A DNA stretch of 63,038 nt, filler included, from Licmophora abbreviata (Eukaryota): assembly GCA_900291995.1 (NCBI GenBank). It is 11 parts of 11 records of this genome, joined end to end, with 100 filler letters (N's around TTAATTAATTAA, not from the genome) between each part and the next. Parts side by side here need not be neighbours in the genome. Positions count along the whole stretch, not along the records: positions 48,822 to 51,476 come from OLMU01000144.1; positions 51,577 to 55,443 come from OLMU01000145.1; positions 55,544 to 60,898 come from OLMU01000146.1; positions 60,999 to 63,038 come from OLMU01000148.1; 7 more parts are not named here. The stretch is one strand, 5' to 3'. A program made the translations under genes and the position numbers. Positions 49,401 to 61,060 of the stretch are shown here, in pieces (the stretch's first letter is position 1; every line of letters begins with the position of its first letter). The notes beneath the pieces were generated by a model. It ran no database searches. It was not told the DNA's origin and saw nothing but the letters and a program-made list of their open reading frames with translations.

Positions 49401-50499
49401 TTATTTACGCCAAGCTAATGCGCGTACAGCGAAACGCCGACGTTACATTCTCAAGAGCTGTTTGTCTGCAGTACGGCATGGGGCTGAATTGTGCGAGGCT
49501 CAGAACGTTGCAAACAACACATGTAAGTTCTCCTTACTCTCCCAAGCATGCCAAAACGCCCAATGTGTTACAGCCCGACCAACTTCCGGTTCTTTTCCCC
49601 AACTGACAGAAAACTTCATCTCAGACACAGCACCAAGATATAACGTTCCCAGTTGTTGAGATGAGGGTAGTCCACAATGTAAGGCTATCATCCACCGCAC
49701 CATTGAATCTTTTTCCCTCGTTCTAACCCCTTGTCCGTTCTAGGAGTTAAACACAAGAGGGATCTACATCGATGACGCATCCATTAGCTGTGTGCTGACA
49801 AGCTTCCGCTACGTAAAGCGGGACGCACAGAAACGAACGCCGAGCGGAGCCAAGTCCCGGGATGAACTGCAGTATGAAGGAAGCGTTCTAGAAGCCGTTC
49901 GAACGGTCCAGAACCTGCAAGTGACTCCGGATAAGATGCGCCCATACTTTGCGCAAGGGCCATGGTCGTTCTTCCATGTCCTTGATGGCGATTCGCCGCT
50001 GCTCACATCAGACACGCGGAAGCGAATTCAAGAATGCGGCATTTGGCCGTCGGATATCGACAGCCCTGACGACATCCGGGCGACTTTATCACCCCATGTG
50101 CGGGAGTTGGTGCGTGTTCCCCTCATTTCTTGCACGAGCTGTTTATTTCGTCGACTGACAAGCTTACAGGTCGTTATGTTTAAAGGTACCTCGAACCTGA
50201 AGGCTGGTGTTGTCTTCAAGATCCATGTGTATAAGCCCGAGGTAAGTTTCGTATTGCTATACCCGTCATTCTCTGTTGCTTGCTGTTCAGTCCAAAAACT
50301 AAAACGCTGTTGCCGTTCCGAAAAAAATTAGGATCTATGTATAGGATGGAGATTCGCAGAGCTTTCGTGGAAGCCAAAGAAGAAAGGAGAATTTGCGGAC
50401 GATCGGCAGTCGAAAGGGATTGGAGGGGGTATCAAGTATGATTTATCTCTTGTCCATGACGTGGTTCCACAAAAGGGAGGGAATCACGAACCACTGTGA
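46478..50499 (+). CDS. Tandem two-unit inward-rectifier (Kir-like) K+ channel, many exons, spans a zero-length gap
   Basis: Two copies of M1 - Cys - SWTTFSTV|GYG - Cys - M2 - VTF - FP...MRVV - W.F.HVLD..SPLL - GTS - D...GW.F - DLSLV.D.V.Q.GG..EP. The 5' exon structure is uncertain. Confidence 0.8.
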
Positions 50500-50576
50500 T
50501 GGCGACGTAGTAATGGTACACGATGGGAGCGTTAGCATTAGCTAGACTAGCAGAGTAATTGGTTCTTTTAAAAAAT

Positions 50577-52036
50577 CTACTGTGGCATCGCCAGCCCGTT
50601 GATAGATACCAACGTGATGTCGTATTGCAATGTCGCGTCCGGGGGTATTCCTCTACGCGGAACGCCTTTCGAGCCATACGCCAAGACAGGTGGAATGATC
50701 AAGCGCCGTCGCTCCCCCTGAAGAAACACCCAGAAGCGTGAGAGATATCCAGTCGAACATCACAAGCTTGCAACACACTCTCTGGACACGAGCGTAGACA
50801 CACTCACCACACACATTCCTTCGACTCCCGCGTCCCATCCGGGGGGAAACTGCCCGAAGGGCTGTTTTCCGAGTACAAAGAACAAGGAGACGTCGTTGCC
50901 CCGGCCAGGAATGCCTTGTCCATTGATCTTGATGGCCGACCCGTCAAAAACTGCACCCGTCTCAACGATCGTCCCCAGATATGATATTTCAAGCAAGTCG
51001 TCCGTTGTCGCACCGCGATTGCACATCTTGGGAGGAAGCAGCTGAGAAACGGTCAATTTCTGGTCGACCTGAGCAGATACAGCCCGGCCGGCCTTGACTG
51101 AGCCGTCGGCGTTTCGTTGTGTTGTGTCACCAGCAGGAGCGACCTGCGTCGTAACTTCTCCCGTCGATGACAAATCAGAAAGTCGTTCTTGAAAGACAGA
51201 AGGATCGCGAAAGCGCAGATCAATGGATCCTCCCTCTGGGGTGGACTTGACGGCTTGCAGAACTAGGATACCAACTCCCTCAGGATTGGTACGCTCGGCG
51301 CTCTTACCGTTGACGCTCACAACGACCCAGCCTTTCTGAATTCCTAATTTGGAAGCAGCCGAGCCCGGTGCGACAGACTTGACAAAGACACGAATGTTTG
51401 TTCGAAAGTCGACTTGCCCAAGCTCGATGCCAAGTCCTCCTCGGGATAGTTCAGACTTGGGTATCGATACCGTGAGNNNNNNNNNNNNNNNNNNNNNNNN
51501 NNNNNNNNNNNNNNNNNNNNTTAATTAATTAANNNNNNNNNNNNNNNNNNNNNNNNNNNNNNNNNNNNNNNNNNNNCAGACTTGGGTATCGATACCGTGA
51601 GCTCATCTGAAGCCGCAGTCTGTGACTGTGGAAGTGTCTTCCCTGTAGGCGATATCGACGTTGATGACGGAGAGTGAAGTCCTCGATAGGCAGAGTCTAC
51701 TGCAGTATTGGCGAAAGAGTCCGTTTCGTCCGTCACTGCGGCATGGGCAGCGGACACCTTCGCCAATCCAAAAAATGAGCCCACCCCTGAGAACCAGGCT
51801 CGCCTGTCATACAAGGAAACATCATTTACTCGACTCAAATCGTCTTCCGAATCGGTAACTTCAAGCGCGTTTTGATGTAACCTCCTGCGTAAAAAACATT
51901 GATCATGCGCAGAACGACGACACGCACCATCATGCTGACGCGTTCCTATTCCAGTAAACGCCTTGCAACCGATCAATCTCCCCACAGCTATCGAAAAGAC
52001 AATGAGACATAGAAATCCAGATGACCATGGCATCAT
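50577..52036 (-). CDS. Thylakoid-lumen-type PDZ + FKBP peptidyl-prolyl isomerase (spans zero-length gap; intron ~50718-50808)
   Basis: Signal + CKAF, RR..AHA motif, GLGIELG...VFVKSVAPGSAA...VSVNG (PDZ), ISYLG...VFD...FVLG...GWD.GVEGMCV|GERRRLIIPPVLAYG..G.....IPPDATLQYDI. Confidence 0.88.
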
Positions 52037-52423
52037 AATTTAGAAATTTTCAAAGTCTCTGCGCTCCGGTATGATCATTGATGTGACACCTGATGACAGC
52101 TGGCCCCGACGACAGAGATCTTTGTGACCATCGCCATCATCATCGTCTCGTCTCTCGTCGTCGTCATCTGTTTTGTCGCTCGTCTTCGACTCACTCGACT
52201 CAACTGAAACTGACTCGAGTCACGATTCTTTCATTCCCGTCTAAATCTAACCGTCGCCCGGCACGCTCGATGTTAATCGGAGGTCGGTAGCGGCGATGCG
52301 ACCATGCTATAATTGCGGACCTACAGCCATCAGCCATTGTAATCATTACGACGGAGCTTTTCTCACTGTTGTTCGCCCTGTAATCGGAGAGAAAAGAAGT
52401 CATAGAGGTAAACTGCTTGCGCA

Positions 52424-54012
52424 ATGAGAGTGAGTCATCTTGCGAGACTCTTGCTGATTCTCGGTATGCAAGTGACCCTCCGGCATGCGTTCAGTATCAC
52501 GACTTTTCGTCGGCATGCACTTCAAACGAATCTCCTTCGATACATGACCCAGAGCATAGATTCAGTGGATTCGGTCTCGGGACAGCAGGATATCTTTGAC
52601 GGAGACGGCGAGACCACATCATCGTCGTTACGACGACACGCCAACAAGAAGAAAGCGTCACCACAGCCCCCTCCTCCGTTGCCACATCCATCGGAGTTTC
52701 CTGATTGGGCATACGAGCCTCGTTCTTTCTTCAAATTTGAGATATTGCACGAGTCAACCAAGAGCGGTGCACGAGTTGGAAGAATACACACCCCACATGG
52801 GACAATCGATACACCCGGATTTGTCGCCGTGGCAACGAACGCAGCCCTGAAGGCGGTAGACTTTCGAGAGGCGGATGAAGCGGGGCAGCAACTTATATTT
52901 GCCAATACGTATCATCTACTCCTGCAACCTGGGTCTGAGTTAATCCGCGATGCTGGGGGGATTCATAACTTTACAGGTAGACAGAAGCCTTTCATCACCG
53001 ACTCAGGCGGCTTTCAAGTTTTCTCATTGGCGTATGGGAGTGTTCACGAGGAACTGAGTTCTGGGGGAGAACTGAAACGAGCCAAAGCTGGAAGCAAGAG
53101 CACATGGAGACAAGATGTAATGGGAAAAGACGCTGTCAAAGTTTCAGAAGACGGTGCAACGTTTCGCTCCTATCGGGATGGCGCTCGGTTTCTGCTAACG
53201 CCTGAAACAACAGTGCAGGCCCAGAAGGATATCGGTGCCGACATTATCATACCGCTGGATGAACTTCCTCCCTATCACGTGGATCGTCAAGTGCTGTCGG
53301 ATTCTGTCGATCGGTATGTTATTTACACTGTGCTATATTGCCGTATGCATCTGCCTGCACGCGAATACACCGTTTGCTTACATTGTGTGGTGCGCCCTCT
53401 CGATCTCATCTGTTCAGCACGCATCGATGGGAAGCTCGTAGCTTGAAAGAACATCTCAAGAGCGTACAGAATCAAGCCATGTTTGCCGTCATTCATGGTG
53501 GTATTGACGTGGAATTTCGGACGAGAAGTATTGACTATCTGACGTCGTTGCCGTTTGATGGATACGCGATTGGTGGCTCTCTGGGGAATGGGCGCCAGGA
53601 ACTGAAAGAACTGCTGGCCTGGATGATGCCACTCTTCGACCAGGGAGGCCGAAAGGGGAAGCCGAGACATCTCTTGGGCATCGCCGACGAGGAAAGCATT
53701 CGAAACGCCGTGATGCGTGGGATCGATACTCTAGATTCATGCTATCCGACGCGATTGGGTCGACACGGGACTTTGTTGACTCGCAGCGGAACGTTGAAAA
53801 TTAAGAGTGGGAAATACGCCCGATCGTTTGGAGAAAAGATCGATGAACAGTGCACGTGTTCGACTTGTCGGCACTACGATCGCGCTTACTTGCGACACTT
53901 GTTCAAGGCCAACGAGCCCGTCGCTATTTCCCTCGCCACACTGCACAACATTCACTACATGAGTGACCTGATGGCCGAGATTCGACAGGGTATTCTAAAT
54001 GATGAAATATAG
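52424..54012 (+). CDS. tgt: Queuine tRNA-ribosyltransferase, chlamydial-type, with presequence (intron ~53314-53417)
   Basis: ARVGRIHTPHGTIDTP, ANTYHL, TDSGGFQVFSL, ADIIIPLDE, IHGG, IGGSLG, PRHLLG, CTCSTC...HN zinc site. Confidence 0.93.
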
Positions 54013-54033
54013 ACGTGCCGTTGGTACCAGCAA

Positions 54034-55122
54034 TCATGTCCACGATTCTACTTTAAGCGAGGCTAGCGTACAGGTCTCGAAGCCAGCTGCTTGCACTGCA
54101 GAAACAAGCGATCGTCCGAGTTCCTCCGCCTCCTCTAGAGACGATGCCCACGCTCTTATACGAGCCCTACCGCCGTTCTCCTCCAACCATGACTTGGCAT
54201 CGGAGATCCGATCGGGTGCACACTGGCGAAGCGAAGAGTCAATTTTGTTGACGCAGGCTACACACCCCATGGATGGCACTGTCAGTTCGATTGAAATGAC
54301 TTGCATGGCGCTGTCTTTAATCCCCGAGCTAAAGTCCTCTCCTTTGTGTACTCGTAGCCTTCTTCTCGTTAGTGCATTCCACAAGTGTAACAACTCCGGC
54401 AGCAGTGCTAAGGTCCACCGCAACAGCGTATATCGAGCCCATACCACTCTGCTCGACAAAGAAACCGATGCCATCGTCACATAGGCCAACACCGCAAGAA
54501 AATAGGGCCGCAGCGGACCGAGCCGCTTGTTGAATCCAGCGCAGCCGCTGGCCCCTACGAGCATGTTGATGACAAGCTGTAAGGCACAACAAGCGCTGGA
54601 CAGTAGCGGAAGCAACAGACTTTGAATGAACGTCGACAGCGGCGCTACCCACGGCGACTTGAAAAGGCGCATGTCATTCAATGATTGGAATTTTCCCACC
54701 ATTCTCGTATTAAAGGATCGACTGGCAAGTATCAACATTGTCAGGGCAAGTACGCTCCGTGCGGTCTTCGCTAGGATCCCGGGCGACCAAATCAAGTAGT
54801 AGGACAGAACATCCTTCGCGCTTGTTTCTACGTCGCAGTTGCCGGTGTCAGCGTGATCACTGTTACTTCCTTCGCTCACGACTGAAAAGAGCACATGATC
54901 TCGTTCTATATTCCATTCACTTTCCTTCGAAGCAGCCACCCGCCTTTGCGACAGAAGAGGGGCTGACTTTTGAATGTGGCGGTGTCGATGTCGAAGTCTT
55001 CTGTTCTCTTCGCATCGCAATCTCGTTGAATCTCGGATCGAAATATCGAATGCGTCTGTTCCAAATATGTCGGAGCCGACAGCAGCCCACAGCAAAACCT
55101 TTACACACGCATCTCTCCTCAT
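54034..55122 (-). CDS. MerT-like membrane segment fused to a C-terminal HMA metal-binding domain, with presequence
   Basis: LLSSACCALQL...GCAGFNKRLGPLRPYFL and LTVPSMGCVACVNKIDSSL...VQAAGF. N-terminal signal ends TDAF. Confidence 0.7.
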   Translation of the reverse strand: MRRDACVKVLLWAAVGSDIFGTDAFDISIRDSTRLRCEENRRLRHRHRHIQKSAPLLSQRRVAASKESEWNIERDHVLFSVVSEGSNSDHADTGNCDVETSAKDVLSYYLIWSPGILAKTARSVLALTMLILASRSFNTRMVGKFQSLNDMRLFKSPWVAPLSTFIQSLLLPLLSSACCALQLVINMLVGASGCAGFNKRLGPLRPYFLAVLAYVTMASVSLSSRVVWARYTLLRWTLALLPELLHLWNALTRRRLRVHKGEDFSSGIKDSAMQVISIELTVPSMGCVACVNKIDSSLRQCAPDRISDAKSWLEENGGRARIRAWASSLEEAEELGRSLVSAVQAAGFETCTLASLKVESWT

Positions 55123-55775
55123 CTCCTCATCATTGTCGTTGTCGCCACATTCACATCATTAACGCGAATTCGACTCACTCGACTGCTAGTCTGTCCCTCA
55201 CCAAACTTTCAGTCTTGCGCCTCCACGTGGCGAAACGAAACATATCAAAATGGAAAGTACCAAAATTAATATCAAAACAAATCGATTTATTTAAAAAATA
55301 AAAATCAATTCCAAACAAGCAAAAGTGCTACTTTTTACTACTTTTCCAAAACGTGCCTCATGCTAGTGGTTTTCGGATGGCCAGAAGTTTGAGAGCTCGC
55401 ATAGCTCGTGACTCGGCGAGCACTTCTTTTTCGGTCTCGATGANNNNNNNNNNNNNNNNNNNNNNNNNNNNNNNNNNNNNNNNNNNNTTAATTAATTAAN
55501 NNNNNNNNNNNNNNNNNNNNNNNNNNNNNNNNNNNNNNNNNNNGATGATGACGGGGAGAGTGTTCTGGCGTCCTAGCCTCTCGTTTGGCTTGTTTATATG
55601 TCTTGATTTATCATTGATATTAGCCGAAGGGTCCCGGTCCGTAGCGCCTGTCAGATCTCAGACAGCGATCGAGTACAGGACGAACAAGCATTCAGTCGGT
55701 TTGGTAGAGGGGTGTTCCGGTGGCATTCAGGTTGTCAGTGTTGCCAAGGATGACAACTTTACAGCGCATCGAGAT

Positions 55776-56692
55776 ATGCTGAAAGGAACAAATAAGAAGC
55801 TGGTTTCTCACATCAAGGCTACTATATTGACTGTATCACTTTTCGGAATATTGATTCGGAACTATCTGTGCGTGACATCGGATCGTCGAGGTTGGGGACT
55901 AGCTCTGTTTGTGGGAATCCTGTATCTTCTCGAATCCTTCTTTAGCAGCACCCGTCGGTATCTCTCCAATGTCATGGAACCCAAGGAAGTTCTCGACTTG
56001 ATTGAATCTATGCAGAAAAGCGCGCCAACGGTTCGATGGGACGTCGAGTGCTATCATTACAATGACGACCGCTTTTCCTCACGACGACGCCATGAGCCGT
56101 CCACAAAGGTGGTCACGCATCGGGCACACCGAAATTTCTGGTTTCAACAGTAAGGGGACGTGCAGCGGAAAGGAATGCGTTTGCATGCAAAACCTTTACT
56201 CTCAGAGCGCCGCTCACTTGTGAAACGTTTCAGATGGAGGGATGTGACTCGCACGGACAAGTTACGGGAGTTTCTTGAATACGATCCGGAGAGAAGAGAG
56301 CCCTATGTCAAGATATCTTTGCTCAAGATGGTGCAATTCGTGGACAAAATATACTATCAGCACTATCTGGCCCAACAGGCCGGTTTTGTTGTGCAACATG
56401 GCAATCGGGATTTTTACAACGACTCATCGACAACAATTGAAGGTAGGTGCAGGTTGAGTACGGGGTCCTGATTCTTTGAAAGTACTCATCTTGGATTCCT
56501 ACGCGCTGTACAGTTGCAGGTTATGTCCCGAAATTGCTCGCCGTCCGGACTGTTCTCGGAGTATTAGGTCCGATGCAGCTCTCATTTTTCTGGTTCTTCA
56601 CTCTGCTTGGCATGACGGTACCCTATCGAATTTGGTTTTCTCTGCATTGCGATGAAATGGAAGTTGTTCTGACGAAAGAAGTAACTGCATAG
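55776..56692 (+). CDS. TMEM151-family membrane protein (3 exons; start uncertain)
   Basis: LYLLESFFSSTRRYL, APTVRWDVECYHY, KVVTHRA..F, WRDVT, final exon FWFFTLLGMTVPYRIWF. Confidence 0.6.
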
Positions 56693-57082
56693 ATCGCAAG
56701 AATTATATTGGTTATAGCCCGGGCATTGATGCCGTACCAGTAATGTATTTTTAAGAGACTTACAGCTTTTTTGCAAAGCCGCCCGGGACTGCCGATATCG
56801 TTCGTCCGTCGAGCGCTGGACAGAAATTGGAGAATACAACATCACACATCACGCGATCGCGACGCGACGCGACGCATTATTAGTCTGCCTGGTACTCTCC
56901 ATTTCATCCGCGACGACGATGAAAAGCAGTAAACAAGTGGAGCCCATGTGACTGTCTGTGGTTTGATAAGGAGAGACGAACACTGTGCGAAAAAGTAGCG
57001 AAGAAAAGGAAAGACCAAATTCAGAAGTTGTAGTTTGGCGCGCTGAACTCGGTATTGTATTATCTTCCAGGTCTTAGCTGCA

Positions 57083-60000
57083 ATGCAGGCCCCCGCCAGC
57101 TCGACTTCGTCAGAGTCAACAACGCCGCCTTCGACGAGATCGATGAACTCAGTGGGCACAACAACGTCGGTGGGATCATCGTCATCGACTTCCTCGCCGA
57201 GGATATCTGATCGGAAAGATTCACCTGCCGAGCCAGTTTTGTCGGTCGCCAAAACACTTGCACGGCTTCAATCCATCCCGACGAATCGCTCTTGTGCAGA
57301 CTGCCGTTTGCCATTGGTTGACTTGTCACAGACGTTTGTCTCCTTCTCACCGCATCCTGGAAGTGCTAGACACGATGAAACTGGCGAAAACTGTCCAACC
57401 CTTGGCTCATTCCAGTTCAATCATGAGGCGTTTGCGCCAACGCCATCTCTCCGTCGGGCTCAACACGAGCATACTGTGGATCCAGCAATTCTTGTGACAG
57501 AACAGCTTGGCGGTCACGGTGTTTTTATATGCTCACAATGTGCGCAGGCGCATAAGTCAATGGCACCAAGAATAACGCTGGTGCGATCAGTCAAGAATCC
57601 ATCTTCTTGGGAGCCCGAGGACGTTCAGTTCCTTGCTGGTGCGGGAGGAAATGCACGATCCTGGGCAGTCTTAGAAGGATTCATGCCAGAATCCTGGCAG
57701 AAACGTCGTCCAAGTCATACCAGTACAGTGGCACAACGTCAGGTATTTGCGCGAGCCAAGTACGACGCGCTCGCATTCGTATTGCCTCCAGGAGGGCCCT
57801 TGGCGCCACGGGCATGGAGAAACATTGTGACGGGAAGACCAGCGCTTGGTCGGTGGCGAACGGAGGATCTGATGAGCTTCCAGCGAACAGCGTTGAGTGA
57901 CGGGCGCTCCAACAGTCTACGCAATCTTGCCAGCACTGGCGAAGAAGCTGCGCCAGAGCGCTTAGTAGATTTCTTCTGTGTCATTAGTCACACCGGAATG
58001 CTCGAACGAGGCCAGGCGAATTGCGATCTGTCTGAAATATCTTCGCCGGAGGAATTGCGCTTAGAGACGGCAGTGATTGATTGCTATCCTGCGGTGGACG
58101 AGTACAGCGACATGGAATACCCCGAGCACGTTTCGAAATTCGTCTTTCCAGAAGGATGCAGCCCTTCAGAACAGCAGAAGAGCCCGTCTCTTTTCACTTT
58201 TGTTCTCACATCGTCCAACGGCCAGCGCCTATATGGCGCCGCTCTCAATGTATTTGACGAAACTATTGACACTGAGACATTCCGCAGTATCTTGAAAGAC
58301 TCGGGCTACGAGATGAAACTCCCGTGGTGGCTCGAGGACTCGGCTCCGCGTGAACACCAGAAAGATAAGAAGGCACCATCCGACGTCATGTTCATGCCAA
58401 AGTGTCTCGTAGTTTTGTCGCACTATCCCTTTTTTGACCTTTGGCGACGATTTCTTCGACAAATCTATCGAATCACGTTGGTGGAAGCACCGCTGCCGAT
58501 TGAGAGATACGTGGCGAACTTTGTAAGTGAAGTACCTCTTCCACCACAGGGGAGAATCGAGGTGCGATTTGCCTTCACAAACGACGAAATGTGGACGGTG
58601 AGACGTCCCCCTGTCAACAAGTTGCCAATGGTCAACTTCTCTTATCGCCCTTTGTTTGCCTCGTTGAGTGTTGGCAACGTCATGGTAGCGATGGGCGCTC
58701 TAATGGAAGAAACGAGGGTGGTCTTGTTATCTAAACACTACTCACTCATGACACCAGTCGCAGAGGCACTTTTGAGTCTCCTGTTTCCCTTCGAATGGCA
58801 GGGTATGTACATTCCTATCATGCCATATTCCATGCTGGATATCCTGGATGCCCCTGTCCCGTACCTTGTCGGCCTAAATTCTCGCTATCTTGCCAACGTC
58901 AAACCGAAATATCGGCCGAGAGACGTCGTCTATGTGGATCTTGACAGGGACACGATTCACTTGGGGTTCAACGAAGATGGAGATGAAATCCTCCCACCAA
59001 ACCTTCCTGAACGAGAGGCCGCCAAACTTAGCGCAAAGCTTCAAGAAAGTGGTGGCGTTGTGTACCTCGTACCAGACAACGGTGTCAAAGGAAGAATTAT
59101 GGTTGGCGATGGGAAGCTCCTTGTCAACTCAAGACGCCCTTCATACGCGCAAATGACTCACGAGGACGCTTCGAATAAGGTATCGCTGAGGTCTAGCACG
59201 CTCGCAAAGACAGAGAATGCTTTTCTCAGCAACAAACCAATCAAAGGTTTCTTCTCCGAACAGGGGCAACTGGCCGAACGCGACGTTCGGGGTGCGAACA
59301 AAAGTCCAGAGAAAACTAGAGCAAGGGCTCTATTCCAGCTAGGTCGCAAAAGTTCGAGAGCTGAGTCCAACGATGATTCTTCCCATTCTCCTGCTCACGC
59401 CAATCTCCTAGATATCTACGGGTCGAACGGGTTCTCAGCTCATGAGATTCGGAACGCTTTCCTTCGCTTTTTTACGACGATCTTCAATCAGTACGAACGA
59501 TACCTTTCTAGCACTTCGGACACAGATCTTTTTTTGAGGGAAGAGTTCCTTGCAAGTGTGACCGGATCGACGTCGACGAACTTCCTGTCGAGAATAACGA
59601 GCACACAGATGTTCCAAGCTTTTCTGGAGGAAAGGAAGCGTAACCCGAACGACCCCGAACTTCTTTTCTTTGATGAGTCGATTACCGCAAAGAACAACAG
59701 ATCACGAAGGACAACCCTTACAACTGGAGGGAAGAGAGAGACCCCGTTTCTAGACGACAACTCCGGAAGGGTGAGGAATTCGCTTGCGTGTACCATGTCG
59801 AAGTAGGTGACTGTTTCGCCTGCTAATCGTCGTCCTTTCTTCACAGGTCACCGAAACGTTCACACCGCCGCCTCCATCCAACTGGGGCTTGCCTGATGAT
59901 GGGAACGGATACCAATACAGCAGCTTCCCGAAACTTGACCAAACGATGTTCGGCAAAGTTCGACCGGCCAAACAGTGGCCTCAGAAGGTTGTCATTCATC

Positions 60001-60898
60001 GAAGAACTCGGGCAAGAGCTTCGGTTATGAAAAATCAGCAAGAATTTGTAGCGAAAGCTTTGAGAATGTCGTCTGCTGCTGTGCCGACAATTCTTACAAA
60101 AGAAGAAAAAGGACCATCTAAGAAGGACTTCGAATGGGCAATATGCTCAGTGTCAGTACCAAAGCGCGAAGGCAAGTTACCGCTTTCACGGCACCGCGGG
60201 TCTTCCCCGCATGTGGACGACGAATCGCCGGCCTTCTTCCGGGTGCTAGCTGCACGACGGAAGCAGAGCATTATGCTTGATATCGTAGTGAAGCTGCAAG
60301 CGCACTGGCGACGATTCCTTAAGAAAAAGACACATTTTGAACAGGGGCAGCTGGTCATTCTGTGCCAGGAGAAGAGCTCGCTACAGCCTGGTTCACCGCT
60401 AAAGGGCGACGGTACATATGCAGTGAACGCGAGCGCTGTCGCGATTCAGCGAGAGGATCGAAGCTATCTCGCCCGGAAGGAACAGCTTGCGCAGCGTGAG
60501 GCTGCTGTGTCCCTCCAGCGCCTGGTCCGGGGGGCGCAGACCAGACAGCGCACCTCTAGGTTGAACGCGATAGTGATTCTCCAACGCGTAACAAGGGGCG
60601 CGCAGGCGAGGAACTTGACGGCAAGACTGCGCGCTATTTTGCGGCTTCAGCGTGTCGCAAGGGGGGTGCAAGCGAGAAAACGAGTAACAGAATTGAAAGC
60701 AACAATACTTATGCAGCGATGGTCGAGGGGGGAGAAAGTTCGCAGTTACGTGGCCAATCTGCGACACGCGACTACCCTGGCCCAGTCAATCGTTCGAGGG
60801 CGCAAGGCTAGGTTCGCCTTCGCTTTAGTAACAAACTGCATTTGCCTGGCTCAGGCGCGTGTGAGAGGTGTAGCAACGAGAAAGCGAGTGTCAGGCAT
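57083..60898 (+). CDS. ArfGAP-like + uDENN/cDENN/dDENN + multiple IQ motifs, 3'-truncated at gap (intron ~59771-59847)
   Basis: NRSCADC...GVFICSQC..AH...GGN, FARAKYD, FVFPEG, FVLT..NG.RLYG, PKCLVVLSHYPFF, PFEWQGMYIP, DAPVPYLVGL, TQMFQAFLEER, repeated LQR..RG...R. Confidence 0.88.
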
Positions 60899-61060
60899 NN
60901 NNNNNNNNNNNNNNNNNNNNNNNNNNNNNNNNNNNNNNNNNNTTAATTAATTAANNNNNNNNNNNNNNNNNNNNNNNNNNNNNNNNNNNNNNNNNNNNGG
61001 AAACAATTGCAAGAGAAAGCGTTGTGTGTGTGTTGGAAGTGGTTGCCAGCCATTTGCGAA

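Noticed and set aside
49604..49606. In-frame TGA in Kir unit 2 as selenocysteine or readthrough
   Set aside because: It lies inside a GTAAGT...CTGACAG intron (~49523-49609).
2662..55122. A clustered mer operon
   Set aside because: The MerA-like and MerT-HMA genes are ~50 kb and many unrelated genes apart, there is no MerR, and the reductase lacks the C-terminal CC.
55240..55350. AT-rich tract as centromere or MITE
   Set aside because: Only ~100 bp with no terminal inverted repeats. An ordinary promoter or intergenic tract is more likely.
7068..60998. Recurrent TTAATTAATTAA flanked by Ns as a repeat, CRISPR-like array or transposon target site
   Set aside because: Fixed 100-nt artificial linker with six-frame stops. 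Flanks overlap exactly in two cases.
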